This document shows positions 28,324 through 38,084 of a DNA stretch of 61,892 bases, piece after piece. The translations under genes were made by a program, and so were the position numbers. Origin of the DNA: a virus (Duplodnaviria > Caudoviricetes); the IMG/VR virus record IMGVR_UViG_3300033741_000103, positions 1 through 61,892 of that record; one strand, written 5' to 3'. The notes below the pieces were generated by a model. That model did not search any database, was not told the DNA's origin, and saw only the letters and a list, made by a program, of their open reading frames with translations. The stretch's first letter is position 1; each line of letters opens with the position of its first letter.

Positions 28324-29393
28324 GCGGCCTCCTCGAACTCTGCGGCCTGCGCGATCCAGTCGATGTCGATCCGTTTGAAGCACCGGCAGTTGATGATTTC
28401 CTTGGCCGGTGCGCCCAGCGATCGATCGCCGGGATAATTCATCAGGTAGCCGTCGCCGGTCACGAAAGGATCGCCGCGCTGGCGCACTTGACCATCCATC
28501 GCCGCGTGACTGTCGCGGGTGAATTTATCGTTTGAAGCGTCCCAGCTCTCGCTCACGTTATTGGTCGACAGCTTGCCACCATCGAGCAGCTGAGCCATCC
28601 CCTCATCCTGCGCCGCGTGCACGCTGCCCAGAAGCTCGGTCCGGGCAATCATCTCGCCGCGCATACGCAGCATTTTGTTTTCCATCCCGGTCAGGATCTT
28701 GCCCGCTTTATCCGTCGGGATCCGTTTGCCGTCCCGCATCGCGCGCTGGATCGTGCGATCGAAAGTCTTATTCCGGCTTTCACGATTGAGGTAGTTGCGC
28801 ATCAGCGCCCGACCCTCTGCGGTTGTCGGATCTGCGCCCAGCTCGGCCATCGCATTTTTGCGGTCGGTGATCTGGCCGCGATGCAGGCCGATCATTCCGC
28901 CCTCGCGCTTGCCGGTTGCCCGATTGATACGGCCCACCAGATTGAGCGCTGCGGTTCTCGGTGACGTGCCTTCCGCAAAGCCGCGCGTCAACTCGGCGGC
29001 GACGTTCTCGCGGATCTCCTCGATCACACCTTTCGGCCCGGTGATCAGCTTGGACGACTGCGTGCGCAGCCATTGCTCAGCGCGGGGGTTGGCCGCATCG
29101 AACATTGCCGTGACCTGAGCGCCCGCCGCGCCCGCCTGCGCCATCCATGTTGCCATGACGATGTCGCCGGCTTCTTGGTAGGCGGCCGTCAAGCCGCGAT
29201 CCAAAGCCGAGAAATAAGCGCGCTCGAGATTGAGCAGGGCCATGACGCGCTCCGTGTTGCCGCTCTCGATCGCCTGCACCAAGAGATTGAGCTGCACGTC
29301 GCTTTTGACCGTGGCGATGCTCTCAAGGAAAGCCCGGCGCACACCCGGCTCAAGACGGTCTGCAATGTCGTTCAGGGTTTCACGTTTTGCCAT
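28320..29393 (-). CDS. Head morphogenesis protein (Mu gpF/SPP1 gp7-like)
   Basis: IARTE, TRDSHAAMDGQ, YPGD, INCRC. Confidence 0.85.
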   Translation of the reverse strand: MAKRETLNDIADRLEPGVRRAFLESIATVKSDVQLNLLVQAIESGNTERVMALLNLERAYFSALDRGLTAAYQEAGDIVMATWMAQAGAAGAQVTAMFDAANPRAEQWLRTQSSKLITGPKGVIEEIRENVAAELTRGFAEGTSPRTAALNLVGRINRATGKREGGMIGLHRGQITDRKNAMAELGADPTTAEGRALMRNYLNRESRNKTFDRTIQRAMRDGKRIPTDKAGKILTGMENKMLRMRGEMIARTELLGSVHAAQDEGMAQLLDGGKLSTNNVSESWDASNDKFTRDSHAAMDGQVRQRGDPFVTGDGYLMNYPGDRSLGAPAKEIINCRCFKRIDIDWIAQAAEFEEAA

Positions 29394-29525
29394 TGGTCTA
29401 CCGTTTCAAGTTATTGGCCCAGATCACCCACGCCGAGATCCTGACCATCATGTGAAAAGCTCCGAGATGAAATGCGGTCTGGCAGGCGCGCGCGCTTTCT
29501 TCCGGGTAGTCGTCAATAATCGTCC

Positions 29526-29906
29526 TCAAGAATTGAGATCCACTTCCCAGAGCAGCGTCAAACCACCCGGCGCCAGAGGGCGAACCTCAGAGATCTCGTG
29601 CCACTCGCTATCGTCAGTCGCCACTGCCGCCGTGATCCCGACTGACACCCGGTCGCCCTTGGTCGGGGTAATGCCGGTTGCGGTCGAGACAAGCAGTTTG
29701 CGCTGCGTCGTGCCAACCAGCGTGCCATTGGCATCCCGCAGCCGCTCATTGAGATCGACGGCGATGATGTCCTTGTGCTCTGGCAGGCTGACCGGCGCCC
29801 ACTCGTTTCCGGCCTTAACGATCCGGCGCAACGCACAAGGCTGACCAAAACGCTTGATCAGCCTTTCTGCAGTTGCCCGAGATCTGGCGTAGTTGAAGCC
29901 CGCCAT
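29526..29906 (-). CDS. Head-closure / head-tail joining protein
   Basis: FNYARSRATAERLIKRFG, PLAPGG. Confidence 0.7.
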   Translation of the reverse strand: MAGFNYARSRATAERLIKRFGQPCALRRIVKAGNEWAPVSLPEHKDIIAVDLNERLRDANGTLVGTTQRKLLVSTATGITPTKGDRVSVGITAAVATDDSEWHEISEVRPLAPGGLTLLWEVDLNS

Positions 29907-30244
29907 TAGGCGTCAACGAACATGATAGCGGCCAGCTTCTCGCGCAGATCATCAGCCGTCTTGTCGTTCAGGCCGTCCTGATCGACGCCGTGCGCCCAGA
30001 GCATTTCAATCAATTCAGACTTGCGGGCCTTGGCGATGTCGCTGCGCGTGATCAGCGCTTCCGGCTCGGCCGTTGCAGGTGCCTCGACCGTCAGATTGGC
30101 GCGCAGCAGCTGCCCGGCGATATACGGCTCGCCCTGCAGCTGGCTTAGCGTGTCCTTGCTGACAGTCAGGATCCCATTGGCCGGGATGACGTGGCCGGTC
30201 GATGACGTGATCTCGCGCTTGGTGTTGTTTTTCAGCTCATACAT
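29906..30244 (-). CDS. Hypothetical virion-associated protein
   Basis: AAAGGA RBS; helical C-terminal motif. Confidence 0.6.
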   Translation of the reverse strand: MYELKNNTKREITSSTGHVIPANGILTVSKDTLSQLQGEPYIAGQLLRANLTVEAPATAEPEALITRSDIAKARKSELIEMLWAHGVDQDGLNDKTADDLREKLAAIMFVDA

Positions 30245-30248
30245 TGGT

Positions 30249-30509
30249 TCAGTCCTTTTTCTTGACGGTGTATCCGTAGACCTCAGCTGCATCCAAGAAG
30301 CTGGCTTCGGACATGAAGGGGCGGGCCCAGACCTCAGACATCTGCGCGCCGACGGTTACTTTTGCAGTGACGACTTCATCAATCGCGATGCGAATAGTGA
30401 GGTCGATTATTTCCTCGATCTCGATGCCAGCCTCATCGAAAACTGTGGTGCCCATCCCGAGCTGCAGTCGGCCGTTCTCATCCGGCTTGGGCGGTACGAT
30501 TCTGATCAT
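30249..30509 (-). CDS. Hypothetical protein
   Basis: GGAGG RBS; ATGA overlap. Confidence 0.6.
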   Translation of the reverse strand: MIRIVPPKPDENGRLQLGMGTTVFDEAGIEIEEIIDLTIRIAIDEVVTAKVTVGAQMSEVWARPFMSEASFLDAAEVYGYTVKKKD

Positions 30510-31102
30510 GTGGTTTCCTCCATTGGTTCAGGCGCTCCAAGCAGCACGCGGGTCCAGCCCGACATCGAGCGCATGCGGTTTCGATATTCTTCCGGCACAG
30601 TCAGCCATTGCTCGCGGAAGTCCTCAGCGGATCCCCAGTCTTTGCGGGTTTGATCCCAGAAATGCGGCGTGACGGTCATCGGCACTCCGCAGAACACGAC
30701 CCGGTCAAAGCCCAGATCGATCAGCGCCACCTTGGCGGCATACAGCCCGGACGATCCACTTTTCGCCTGACCGGGAAACAGATCAGACGTCCTGATGAAG
30801 TGGTCAGGAATGTGCGGTCGCGCTCCGGGCTGCGCGTAAAAGGCGGCAGGCTCGGGATGACCTTGCTTGGCCCGGTCGGCAACCCAGCCCTTGCTGAGGA
30901 AAAACCGGGGATGCAGGCTGATCCATGCGTCCAGCGGCCCGGCCCATTTGGCCCCAGCTTCATTACAGGCCACAACGCCGTCCCAGCGGCTACCAGCGGC
31001 ACAGGGCGCCGAACCGGCTCCGTCGCTACCATCCACCCCCAAGAAGCGGCTTAGATCACTCCAGAGGCTTTCAGCGCCTCCCAGTACGAGACACGTTTTC
31101 AA
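30506..31102 (-). CDS. Putative glycosyltransferase-like protein (Maf/sialyltransferase-like Rossmann fold)
   Basis: CLVLGGA, VVACN, GSSGLYA...LGFDRVVFCGVPM. Confidence 0.5.
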   Translation of the reverse strand: MKTCLVLGGAESLWSDLSRFLGVDGSDGAGSAPCAAGSRWDGVVACNEAGAKWAGPLDAWISLHPRFFLSKGWVADRAKQGHPEPAAFYAQPGARPHIPDHFIRTSDLFPGQAKSGSSGLYAAKVALIDLGFDRVVFCGVPMTVTPHFWDQTRKDWGSAEDFREQWLTVPEEYRNRMRSMSGWTRVLLGAPEPMEETT

Positions 31103-31689
31103 ATTTCGATACCCCAAGTGTTGCCCGGGCCGATCCAGTAGCCGGGGCAGAGATCGTCGGCGGCCCGGCGCACTGACGGCCAGTTGATGCCAGCGCCAGT
31201 AATCGAGCCACCCTTTTTCAGCTTCCGCGTCCAAGCCATGATGTCGGACCGGACGCCCAGCTCAGACAGATCCGCGTCGATAAAGACGAAGTCGAGCGAT
31301 CCATCCTCGACCCGATCCGCTGCGGCCACTGAGTAGCCTTTGAAGATGCGGATCCGGGGCCGGAACACGGCGAGACGATTCCGCGCCGCCTGCTCCAGAA
31401 TACGATGCGGCCAACCGGTCCAGTTTTCCGGCCCGGCGATTTGCGGCTGCGCTTCCCAGAGATCCACCACCACCAGTTTCATCCAGAGACAGCGCGACAG
31501 GATCGCTGCGGCCGTCTTGCCTTCGCAGGTGCCCAGCTCAACCCCCGATCGCCAGTTGTTGATCGTGGCAAGGTGGATCAGCGTGTGGGCCTTGGTCATC
31601 ACCCAATGAGGGGTTTCGATCGTCGGCTCGATGTCGTCCGGTGACGTGACCTTCGGCAGGGGCGTGATCGTCACTTCTGAACCCACCAT
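31099..31689 (-). CDS. Class I SAM methyltransferase (Methyltransf_24-like)
   Basis: GVELGTCEG, VDLW, DFVFIDAD, LKKGG. Confidence 0.8.
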   Translation of the reverse strand: MVGSEVTITPLPKVTSPDDIEPTIETPHWVMTKAHTLIHLATINNWRSGVELGTCEGKTAAAILSRCLWMKLVVVDLWEAQPQIAGPENWTGWPHRILEQAARNRLAVFRPRIRIFKGYSVAAADRVEDGSLDFVFIDADLSELGVRSDIMAWTRKLKKGGSITGAGINWPSVRRAADDLCPGYWIGPGNTWGIEI

Positions 31690-32222
31690 GTATAGTTTTC
31701 GGCAGTAAGGACGCGCGAGAACGCCTCATTGACGGCCCGATCAACCCCGCCAAACCGATCGTCTGGATTGCCGTAATCATGCCCGCCGAGCCAGCCGCCC
31801 GGTTTCACGATCCGGTGCCACGCGGCGATGTCAGCGCTGCACCCCTCATAGGAGTGGTCGGCGTCGATGAACACGAGATCCGCACTGCCGGTCAGCATAG
31901 ACGAGGCGGTGTAGACGCTATCCGCCTCGATCACTTGCGCGCCGATCTCAGACGCCACCCTGCAAGCTGCAACCATATTCTTGGTGGCCTGCTCCTGTGA
32001 GTGCAGCGCATGGTCATCCCGCGTGTCCCGGTAGGCTTTAGGCTGGAACTCAATCGGCAGCCAGTTGTCGATCATAATCCACTGGATGTCGGGCCGGGAC
32101 TGGTAGACCCACCATGCAAGATGCCCTCTCAGCGCACCGACCTCGATCACAATGCCGTTCATTGGCGTGCGATCGATAATCGCCTTGCCGCGCTGTTTGA
32201 CTGCGTCGCTTACCTTGACCAT
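31671..32222 (-). CDS. Class I SAM methyltransferase (Methyltransf_24-like)
   Basis: IEVGALRG, DLVFIDADHSYE, VKPGGWLGGHDY. Confidence 0.85.
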   Translation of the reverse strand: MVKVSDAVKQRGKAIIDRTPMNGIVIEVGALRGHLAWWVYQSRPDIQWIMIDNWLPIEFQPKAYRDTRDDHALHSQEQATKNMVAACRVASEIGAQVIEADSVYTASSMLTGSADLVFIDADHSYEGCSADIAAWHRIVKPGGWLGGHDYGNPDDRFGGVDRAVNEAFSRVLTAENYTWWVQK

Positions 32223-32872
32223 GCGTCTGCCACCCATCCTGATTTGATTTCGTTCATTTTCGGTCTGCCGTGAAACGTCACGATGCTGGACCCGGCAGGG
32301 GGATCCAGCTGCGCGTGTAGCTTGTAGCTGGCAACGACACCGGCTTTGAAAGCTGTGGGCCCATAGCCGGCGTCAGCGGCCACGTCCTCGATAAACGCCT
32401 GATCGCCAATGCGGCCGTCGGTGCGTCGATCGTATTGCGTTCGGAAGCCGACCGGATCTGCGCGAAAGCGGTCGTAGATCTCGCGCATGTCGCCGGTCCA
32501 AGCCATCACGCTCGAATTATGGCTTCCCGACGTCAGGAAATCACCGACCATGCGCAGAGATCCAGACGTGTCCAGCAGGCGATCGAGATCCCCAGTGATC
32601 AGGCTATCCAGATCGATGTAGAGGACGGGCCCAGCAAAAAGGCCGGGACGGAAAAGCTCGATCTTGCTCCACCATCCCGGCCAGTTTTCAGTGAGTGGAA
32701 CCGTCTCGATATTCCATTGCTCGAGCGACAGGTTGAGATCTGTCAGGCAGACGAAACGGTGGGCCGACATATTGCGCTCGACAGCTTCGGCCAGCCTGAT
32801 CACCCATGATTGGGTGTAGGTGCCACCCGACCGATAGACGCAGGCGACTGTCGGCCATGAAACGGTCAGCAC
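32210..32872 (-). CDS. Glycosyltransferase (GT-A, DxD)
   Basis: FVCLTD, GWWSKIELF, LYIDLD, NSSVM, GDQAFI, FHGRPK. Confidence 0.8.
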   Translation of the reverse strand: MLTVSWPTVACVYRSGGTYTQSWVIRLAEAVERNMSAHRFVCLTDLNLSLEQWNIETVPLTENWPGWWSKIELFRPGLFAGPVLYIDLDSLITGDLDRLLDTSGSLRMVGDFLTSGSHNSSVMAWTGDMREIYDRFRADPVGFRTQYDRRTDGRIGDQAFIEDVAADAGYGPTAFKAGVVASYKLHAQLDPPAGSSIVTFHGRPKMNEIKSGWVADAWSR

Positions 32873-33270
32873 CGAGCGAGGCCAGCAGCGATCGTATCTT
32901 TGATGTGCTCCAGCCATTCCTCCATCAACTCGAAATCCGCCCGCGTCGTCGCGCTTGTCCATGTCATCGTTTTGTCGTCGCCCTTCGGCAGAACGACCAA
33001 GGCCAAAGGCGCCGTGGCGATCATCTGTGTCATGCGCTTTCGCATGAAGTCCTCATCGTTATTGCCATAGATCTCGCGCACAGGAGGCGTGTCGGTCACG
33101 GCTTCCGGGGCTTCATCGGGCTTGACGTACCAAGCGCCATTTGAAGGATGCCAACCGTCATCACAGGCCGCGCAAGTGGCCCCGCCGTCAGCCAGAAGCT
33201 CGAATGTGGCGCACCCGCAAGTGCAGACCCAGATCACTTTTTCAGGCTTGGGGAACTCAGTGATGCTCAT
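32866..33270 (-). CDS. Hypothetical Zn-ribbon protein
   Basis: CTCGC...CAAC. Confidence 0.6.
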   Translation of the reverse strand: MSITEFPKPEKVIWVCTCGCATFELLADGGATCAACDDGWHPSNGAWYVKPDEAPEAVTDTPPVREIYGNNDEDFMRKRMTQMIATAPLALVVLPKGDDKTMTWTSATTRADFELMEEWLEHIKDTIAAGLARC

Positions 33271-33809
33271 CCTCTCAATGTCCCTCCAGATAGCCGGTTG
33301 CCGGCGCCGCGTTTAAGAAATGGCGCGACCAGATCCTGCACGACCGTCAGAATTGGGATGACGCTGGCCGCATCGGTTCGGGATAGGTCGAACTCGGTCG
33401 AGATTGGCCCCACCTTCTCGGACTTGACGCGCTCGCTCGGGATATAGACCGGCGACATCGATCCGGGCGTTGCCAGCTCGAGGTGAACGATCTCGGCCGT
33501 GGCCTTCTTGATCTCACGCGGCACGATGTTGTTCGCGACGGAATATCCTTTTTCGTCGGTGAGGTTGGAGCGCGGAAAAGCGAGCGCTTGCTCGCCAGCT
33601 GGACTGCCGCGCTCCTTGAGCTTGTAGCCAGCCCACGGCCACCTGACTGAGAGGTGATCCGTGGACCGGACAATCGCCTGCTCGATCAGGCTGTCCGCAT
33701 ACTGACTGTAGGCCACCCCTCGATCATCGGAGTGCGCTTTGTACTCCGCGACCGAGAGAAAGCCATTTGCACCGCTGAGGCCGGTGCCGTCCTCGACGGT
33801 GAGTACCAT
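33267..33809 (-). CDS. Head-tail adaptor (DnaT-like family)
   Basis: LTVEDGTG...AN, QALAFPR, EKVGPI. Confidence 0.8.
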   Translation of the reverse strand: MVLTVEDGTGLSGANGFLSVAEYKAHSDDRGVAYSQYADSLIEQAIVRSTDHLSVRWPWAGYKLKERGSPAGEQALAFPRSNLTDEKGYSVANNIVPREIKKATAEIVHLELATPGSMSPVYIPSERVKSEKVGPISTEFDLSRTDAASVIPILTVVQDLVAPFLKRGAGNRLSGGTLRG

Positions 33810-34277
33810 TTAGTCAGCCTTTGCTGTTTTTTCAGCGTGGGCGCGCAGAGCTTCGAGCGCGTCCTCTTTGCTGTTGATCGCAGTGTCCGAGACGGCTGCA
33901 GCTGCAGACCGCAATTCAGGCCACGTCATTGTGGCCGGATCCTTGGGTTCTTCGTTGGTCGGCGCTTGGCCGGATCCCCCTGCCGGGTCTACAGGCGCCT
34001 GCGTGCCGGTCTGGTTATTGGCCGGATCCTTGGGTTCTTCGTTGGTCGGCGCTTGGCCGGATCCCCCTGCCGGGTCTACAGGCGCCTGCGTGCCGGTCTG
34101 GTTATTGGCCGGGTCATTGGCGCCGTCGCCCTGACCTTCGCCGTCGCCGTCGCCGTCGCCCGACTTGGGTTCAGCGGCTTTGCCAGTGAACTCCTCCATC
34201 GTTTCAGCGTCGAAGTCAGTGGCGTTGATCGTGATGGGCCCCTCGGCCGTTACGATCCGTATGGTTGGTCTACGCAT
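33810..34277 (-). CDS. Capsid-adjacent low-complexity protein
   Basis: INATDFD N-terminus; duplicated 29-aa unit. Confidence 0.7.
   Translation of the reverse strand: MRRPTIRIVTAEGPITINATDFDAETMEEFTGKAAEPKSGDGDGDGEGQGDGANDPANNQTGTQAPVDPAGGSGQAPTNEEPKDPANNQTGTQAPVDPAGGSGQAPTNEEPKDPATMTWPELRSAAAAVSDTAINSKEDALEALRAHAEKTAKAD
33932..34112. repeat. Perfect 87-bp tandem duplication
   Basis: Units start at 33933 and 34020, with a partial third at 34107. Confidence 0.9.
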
Positions 34278-34325
34278 GTCAATTCCTTTCAGGTTTCAGA
34301 TTGATAGTGGGTGGTCTGGTCTTAT

Positions 34326-34355
34326 AAAAAAGGCCGCCCACAATGGACGGCCTTT
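34326..34355 (-). terminator. Intrinsic terminator after the capsid gene
   Basis: GGCCG stem followed by a T6 run on the minus strand. Confidence 0.75.
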
Positions 34356-34381
34356 CTATCAGATCAGATCCAGCAAAGCGA

Positions 34382-35551
34382 TTAGCCTTGCAGGATGCCG
34401 AGCCATTTGCCGTTCGGTGCGGCTGTACCCCATGCGAGGCCAACCTCGTACTTCACGCGGCGATACTGGCGGTAGACCGCGACCTGAAACGTCAGACCCG
34501 AAACCGGATCCTGAATCGTGGTCACGTCGTCAGCCTCATCCCCACCTTCGGGCATGGCGGGCAGACGTGCTGCCAGCAGCAACGAGTTGCGGTGGAAGGC
34601 AAGGTTTGCCGTGTAGGAGGCATCGGCAGATACCGCCTCGCTGCCAGCAGTCGCCTGACGCAGGCCCGTCTCATTGATCAAGACAGTGCCAGTGGTCGAG
34701 GCGCCGACCGTCACATCAGCAGCGACAACGTATTGGCTGTCGTCACCCGCGATTTGGATGACATCGCCCGCGAGGAACGCAACCGCAGCGCCAGCAGCAG
34801 TAGAGACGCCGATCGACGTCGCTCCGACCGCATTTACCCCAGTGACTGTGACAGTGCCGGTCAGCGTACCGGCAGTGTGGTTCACGACACCGGCAGAGTA
34901 GCCCATGACGAAACCATGCAGCATACGCAGCTGACGCTCGCGCAGGAGTGCGCCTGCATCGCCCGCTTCGTTCACTTTGAACAAGTTGGACTGCTTGCCT
35001 TCGAGCTTCGCCCGCGCTGCCGAACCGACGATGAGTGCGCGGCCGCCTTGCGGTGCCCCGTTATCATCCAAGATGCGGTTCATCTCGGCCAGATCCGTCA
35101 TGTCGTCAGCGGTGGCGAAAGGCGTGGTGCCCGCCGTGCCGTAAGCGCGTGCGGCTTTCTGGTATTCCATGCCCAGATCCGTTTCCACGGCATTGGCAAG
35201 GGTACGGAAGCCCTGAGCGAACTGATCGCGCAGGATCGTATTGACGACACCGAACTGCGAAACAGATTTCTGCTCCTCGCCTGTCCAGCGAATTGGATAG
35301 GCTTTCGACTTGGTGATCGAGACGTCCTTGTAAGTGATCGTCTGATCGCCGGAATCGGCGGGATCGTTACCGGGCACGATGTCCTCGAGCGTGTTCTGGG
35401 GAACAACGGGCGAGCGCACCGTCTGGCCGATCGCGCCTTGCTCAGCGACAGCATCGACGTTGACGTTCGGGATGAACCCGATCAGCTCGCGAGAAACCTC
35501 GTCAAGCGCGGTGTAGAGTGTGGGGATGAGCCCAGTGAGGGTGTTAGACAT
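34382..35551 (-). CDS. Major capsid protein (P22 coat-like family)
   Basis: MSNTLTGLIPT...NLAFHRN...DPVSGLTF; after the scaffold gene. Confidence 0.9.
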   Translation of the reverse strand: MSNTLTGLIPTLYTALDEVSRELIGFIPNVNVDAVAEQGAIGQTVRSPVVPQNTLEDIVPGNDPADSGDQTITYKDVSITKSKAYPIRWTGEEQKSVSQFGVVNTILRDQFAQGFRTLANAVETDLGMEYQKAARAYGTAGTTPFATADDMTDLAEMNRILDDNGAPQGGRALIVGSAARAKLEGKQSNLFKVNEAGDAGALLRERQLRMLHGFVMGYSAGVVNHTAGTLTGTVTVTGVNAVGATSIGVSTAAGAAVAFLAGDVIQIAGDDSQYVVAADVTVGASTTGTVLINETGLRQATAGSEAVSADASYTANLAFHRNSLLLAARLPAMPEGGDEADDVTTIQDPVSGLTFQVAVYRQYRRVKYEVGLAWGTAAPNGKWLGILQG

Positions 35552-35666
35552 TTGTAGTCTCCATGTTTGGTGAAAAAACCGGACAACGTCCGAGACGTGA
35601 GACGGGCTATCCAGCCCTTACACCGAGTCTTGCTTCCGCACCCGGCACATCCCCTGATTTCAGGGG

Positions 35667-36461
35667 TTAGTCGACCAGCGTGTATCCATCCTTGATACGC
35701 TGGCCGCGCGCACCGTGATCGAGCTTTTCAAACTCGCCGCGTGTGATGCGCTTAGATCCCGCTTCGCCATCATCTCCATCAGATCCAGAGCCGCTTTGGC
35801 CTCGGCCTTTCAGGATGTTCTCGCGGTACGGGTATTGGTCAATCAGGGTTTCGATCGCCTCATCAAAACCGGCAAGCTCGCCGGGCTTCGACCGTGAAAA
35901 GATCTTGTTGCCCTTGTCATCGTAGGCGATGCGCTCGCCATCTTCGATCTTGAAATTCTTGCCGAAGCGCGACTGTAGCATATCTGCCGGGATCGCGACT
36001 TTCTCCGAAACGAATTTGGACCGTGAGAAGCTGCCGCCGATCAGCTCGCTATCGAGCTTGGATTTCAGCATATCCCGCTCACCGACGATGGGCGCGTATT
36101 CATCATCCTTGGCTTTGATCGCCGCCTCGGTCTGAGCTGTAGCTGCCTTGACCGCTGCCGCTTTGATCTCCTCGACCTTTCCGGCATCGATGAGCTTTGC
36201 TTCGTCAATGTTCTTGATCGTCTCCAGAGCCTTGAGTGCAGCTGCTGGATCTCCGATGCCCTCGAATTTCTTAAACGCCAATTCTGCCGCTTCCTTGGCC
36301 TCGCGGTGAGTTTGCGATTCCTTGTTCAGCGACGTGATCTTTGCCAGAGCGTGCGGGGCATCAAATGCGACATCTTTGCCATCGTCATCAGTGTAGACGG
36401 GTTTGCCATCCTGAATAGCGGCATAGGTGACGCCTTCGATCTCGGTTGTCTTGAGTTTCAT
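35667..36461 (-). CDS. Capsid scaffolding protein
   Basis: Coiled coil; GGSFSRSKF; between portal and capsid. Confidence 0.8.
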   Translation of the reverse strand: MKLKTTEIEGVTYAAIQDGKPVYTDDDGKDVAFDAPHALAKITSLNKESQTHREAKEAAELAFKKFEGIGDPAAALKALETIKNIDEAKLIDAGKVEEIKAAAVKAATAQTEAAIKAKDDEYAPIVGERDMLKSKLDSELIGGSFSRSKFVSEKVAIPADMLQSRFGKNFKIEDGERIAYDDKGNKIFSRSKPGELAGFDEAIETLIDQYPYRENILKGRGQSGSGSDGDDGEAGSKRITRGEFEKLDHGARGQRIKDGYTLVD

Positions 36462-36524
36462 GGGTTCGCTTTCCTGCGTTTGCTACGATGGGCTTCCGCC
36501 CGGTGGGGCCGCGTAGTGCGGCGT

Positions 36525-38084
36525 TTAACCGCCCGGAGGCGGATCTTTGAGCGCGTCTGGATCTTCGTTAAGGGGATCATCATCATCCTTGACGTCGTCA
36601 TCCTTGCCCTCGTTGTCCTTGTCGCCTTCGATCTCCTCGAGCAGCATGTCGAGATCATCATCAGGGTCGAAATCCTTGTCGAGTATGCCGCGCCGCTTGG
36701 CTTCATGCAGCGTCTGGTGTCGGCTGATCTCGCCTTCCTTGCGAAGCTCTAAGACGTTGGAATATCCGTCGTCCTCCCGCTCGGATACATCAAAGTCCAG
36801 ATCCATGACAACCTTGGGCTCGGCGTCGGACTTGAGCCAGAGCGCCGTGTAGTACAGCGCAAGCTCCAGCGCGTCCTTGGCGTTCAGTGCCCAAGCCTGC
36901 ACGGCACTGTTGCCCTTGCCGGCCGCAAAGGCCGTCGTGATCCGGGTCAGATTGCCTGACTGAGCGGTGAGGGGTTGGCGCCCGATCTCGCGCAGCTCCT
37001 TGATCGTGGCGCTGACATCACTCGCCAGAAATGTGAGCGACGATGACGATGGCTCGATGATCGTCCAGCTGCCTGCAGCGCCGTCGCCGCTCGATGGGGC
37101 GTAGAGAGCAAGGCCCGGACCGGCGCTGATAGGCTCGGGGTTGCCATCTGCACCGATCATAGGTGAGACGCCGTTACCGGCCAGCATGGGGAAGGCCGTC
37201 ATCAGCTTGGCGAACTCGAGCGCCGATTCCTGCTGATAGAGCGTGATTTGCAGATCAGCGGCATCCTGCATGGCGGGAGTGGTTTTCCAGCCCTTGCCCT
37301 TGCGGCGTCCAGTGACGAACGGAACCAGCGGGATATACTTGATCGTCATGTAGTAGGGCGTGCCCTCGATGACCCACTCTTTTTCGCCGCTTTCCTTGGT
37401 GTGCTCCAGAAAGATCGTGACCATCGGATTGTCGAAAACACCCGGCGCAATCTCGGCGCGATCGATCTGCCGAACGCGCTTGACCGTCTCCTCACCAAAG
37501 CCAACGCGCTTGGTGCTGTTCTCTTTCAACCGGACGTGGGTGAAATGCTCCTTGCCTTCGATCATCGACGTGTAAGCCGCCAGAACGCTGGTGACAGGAT
37601 ACCGGACCCAGTAAGGCCGCGCGCCCAGCTTCTTTTCATCAGCGACAGTCGCATTGAGCGGCACGCCCTTGGTGTAATCGACCAGCATCCAGTCGATCGA
37701 GTAGCCAATGGCGTCATAGAACATCTCACCGGCTACGACGTGCAGGCTGTTGCCGCGCCCGTCGACATCCATCTCGAACTCTTTAAACGCCGCGTCGACG
37801 CTGTCCTCAGCCAGCGTTACCTTTTTGGCAAAGGCCCGCTGAGACAGGTTCTCGACAATATCCCGAAAGACGTTGGTGAGCTTGGTAATGCCCTTGCGCA
37901 GCTCGTACCGCTCACTGCTCTCGTCTGGCATCTTGGGCAGGAAGGTATCGCTATTCGCACGCATGGATGTCAGGCCGCCATAGAGCGCGTTGATCTTGCT
38001 CCAATAGGGCTGCATCGCTTCCATGTCAGATGCGAGCTTGTCAGGTTGATTGTCCATGTCGATCCTATTTCTGCTTTCCGACAA
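36525..38084 (-). CDS. Portal protein (DUF4055-like)
   Basis: FLPK...E...RY, DVDGRGNSL, RPYW; after the terminase. Confidence 0.85.
   Translation of the reverse strand: MSESRNRIDMDNQPDKLASDMEAMQPYWSKINALYGGLTSMRANSDTFLPKMPDESSERYELRKGITKLTNVFRDIVENLSQRAFAKKVTLAEDSVDAAFKEFEMDVDGRGNSLHVVAGEMFYDAIGYSIDWMLVDYTKGVPLNATVADEKKLGARPYWVRYPVTSVLAAYTSMIEGKEHFTHVRLKENSTKRVGFGEETVKRVRQIDRAEIAPGVFDNPMVTIFLEHTKESGEKEWVIEGTPYYMTIKYIPLVPFVTGRRKGKGWKTTPAMQDAADLQITLYQQESALEFAKLMTAFPMLAGNGVSPMIGADGNPEPISAGPGLALYAPSSGDGAAGSWTIIEPSSSSLTFLASDVSATIKELREIGRQPLTAQSGNLTRITTAFAAGKGNSAVQAWALNAKDALELALYYTALWLKSDAEPKVVMDLDFDVSEREDDGYSNVLELRKEGEISRHQTLHEAKRRGILDKDFDPDDDLDMLLEEIEGDKDNEGKDDDVKDDDDPLNEDPDALKDPPPGG

Noticed and set aside
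34343-35557. Long antisense ORFs (also 8234-9145, 41312-42280, 50525-51592, 37248-38117)
   Set aside because: Opposite well-supported genes in GC-rich DNA, with no motifs or RBS.
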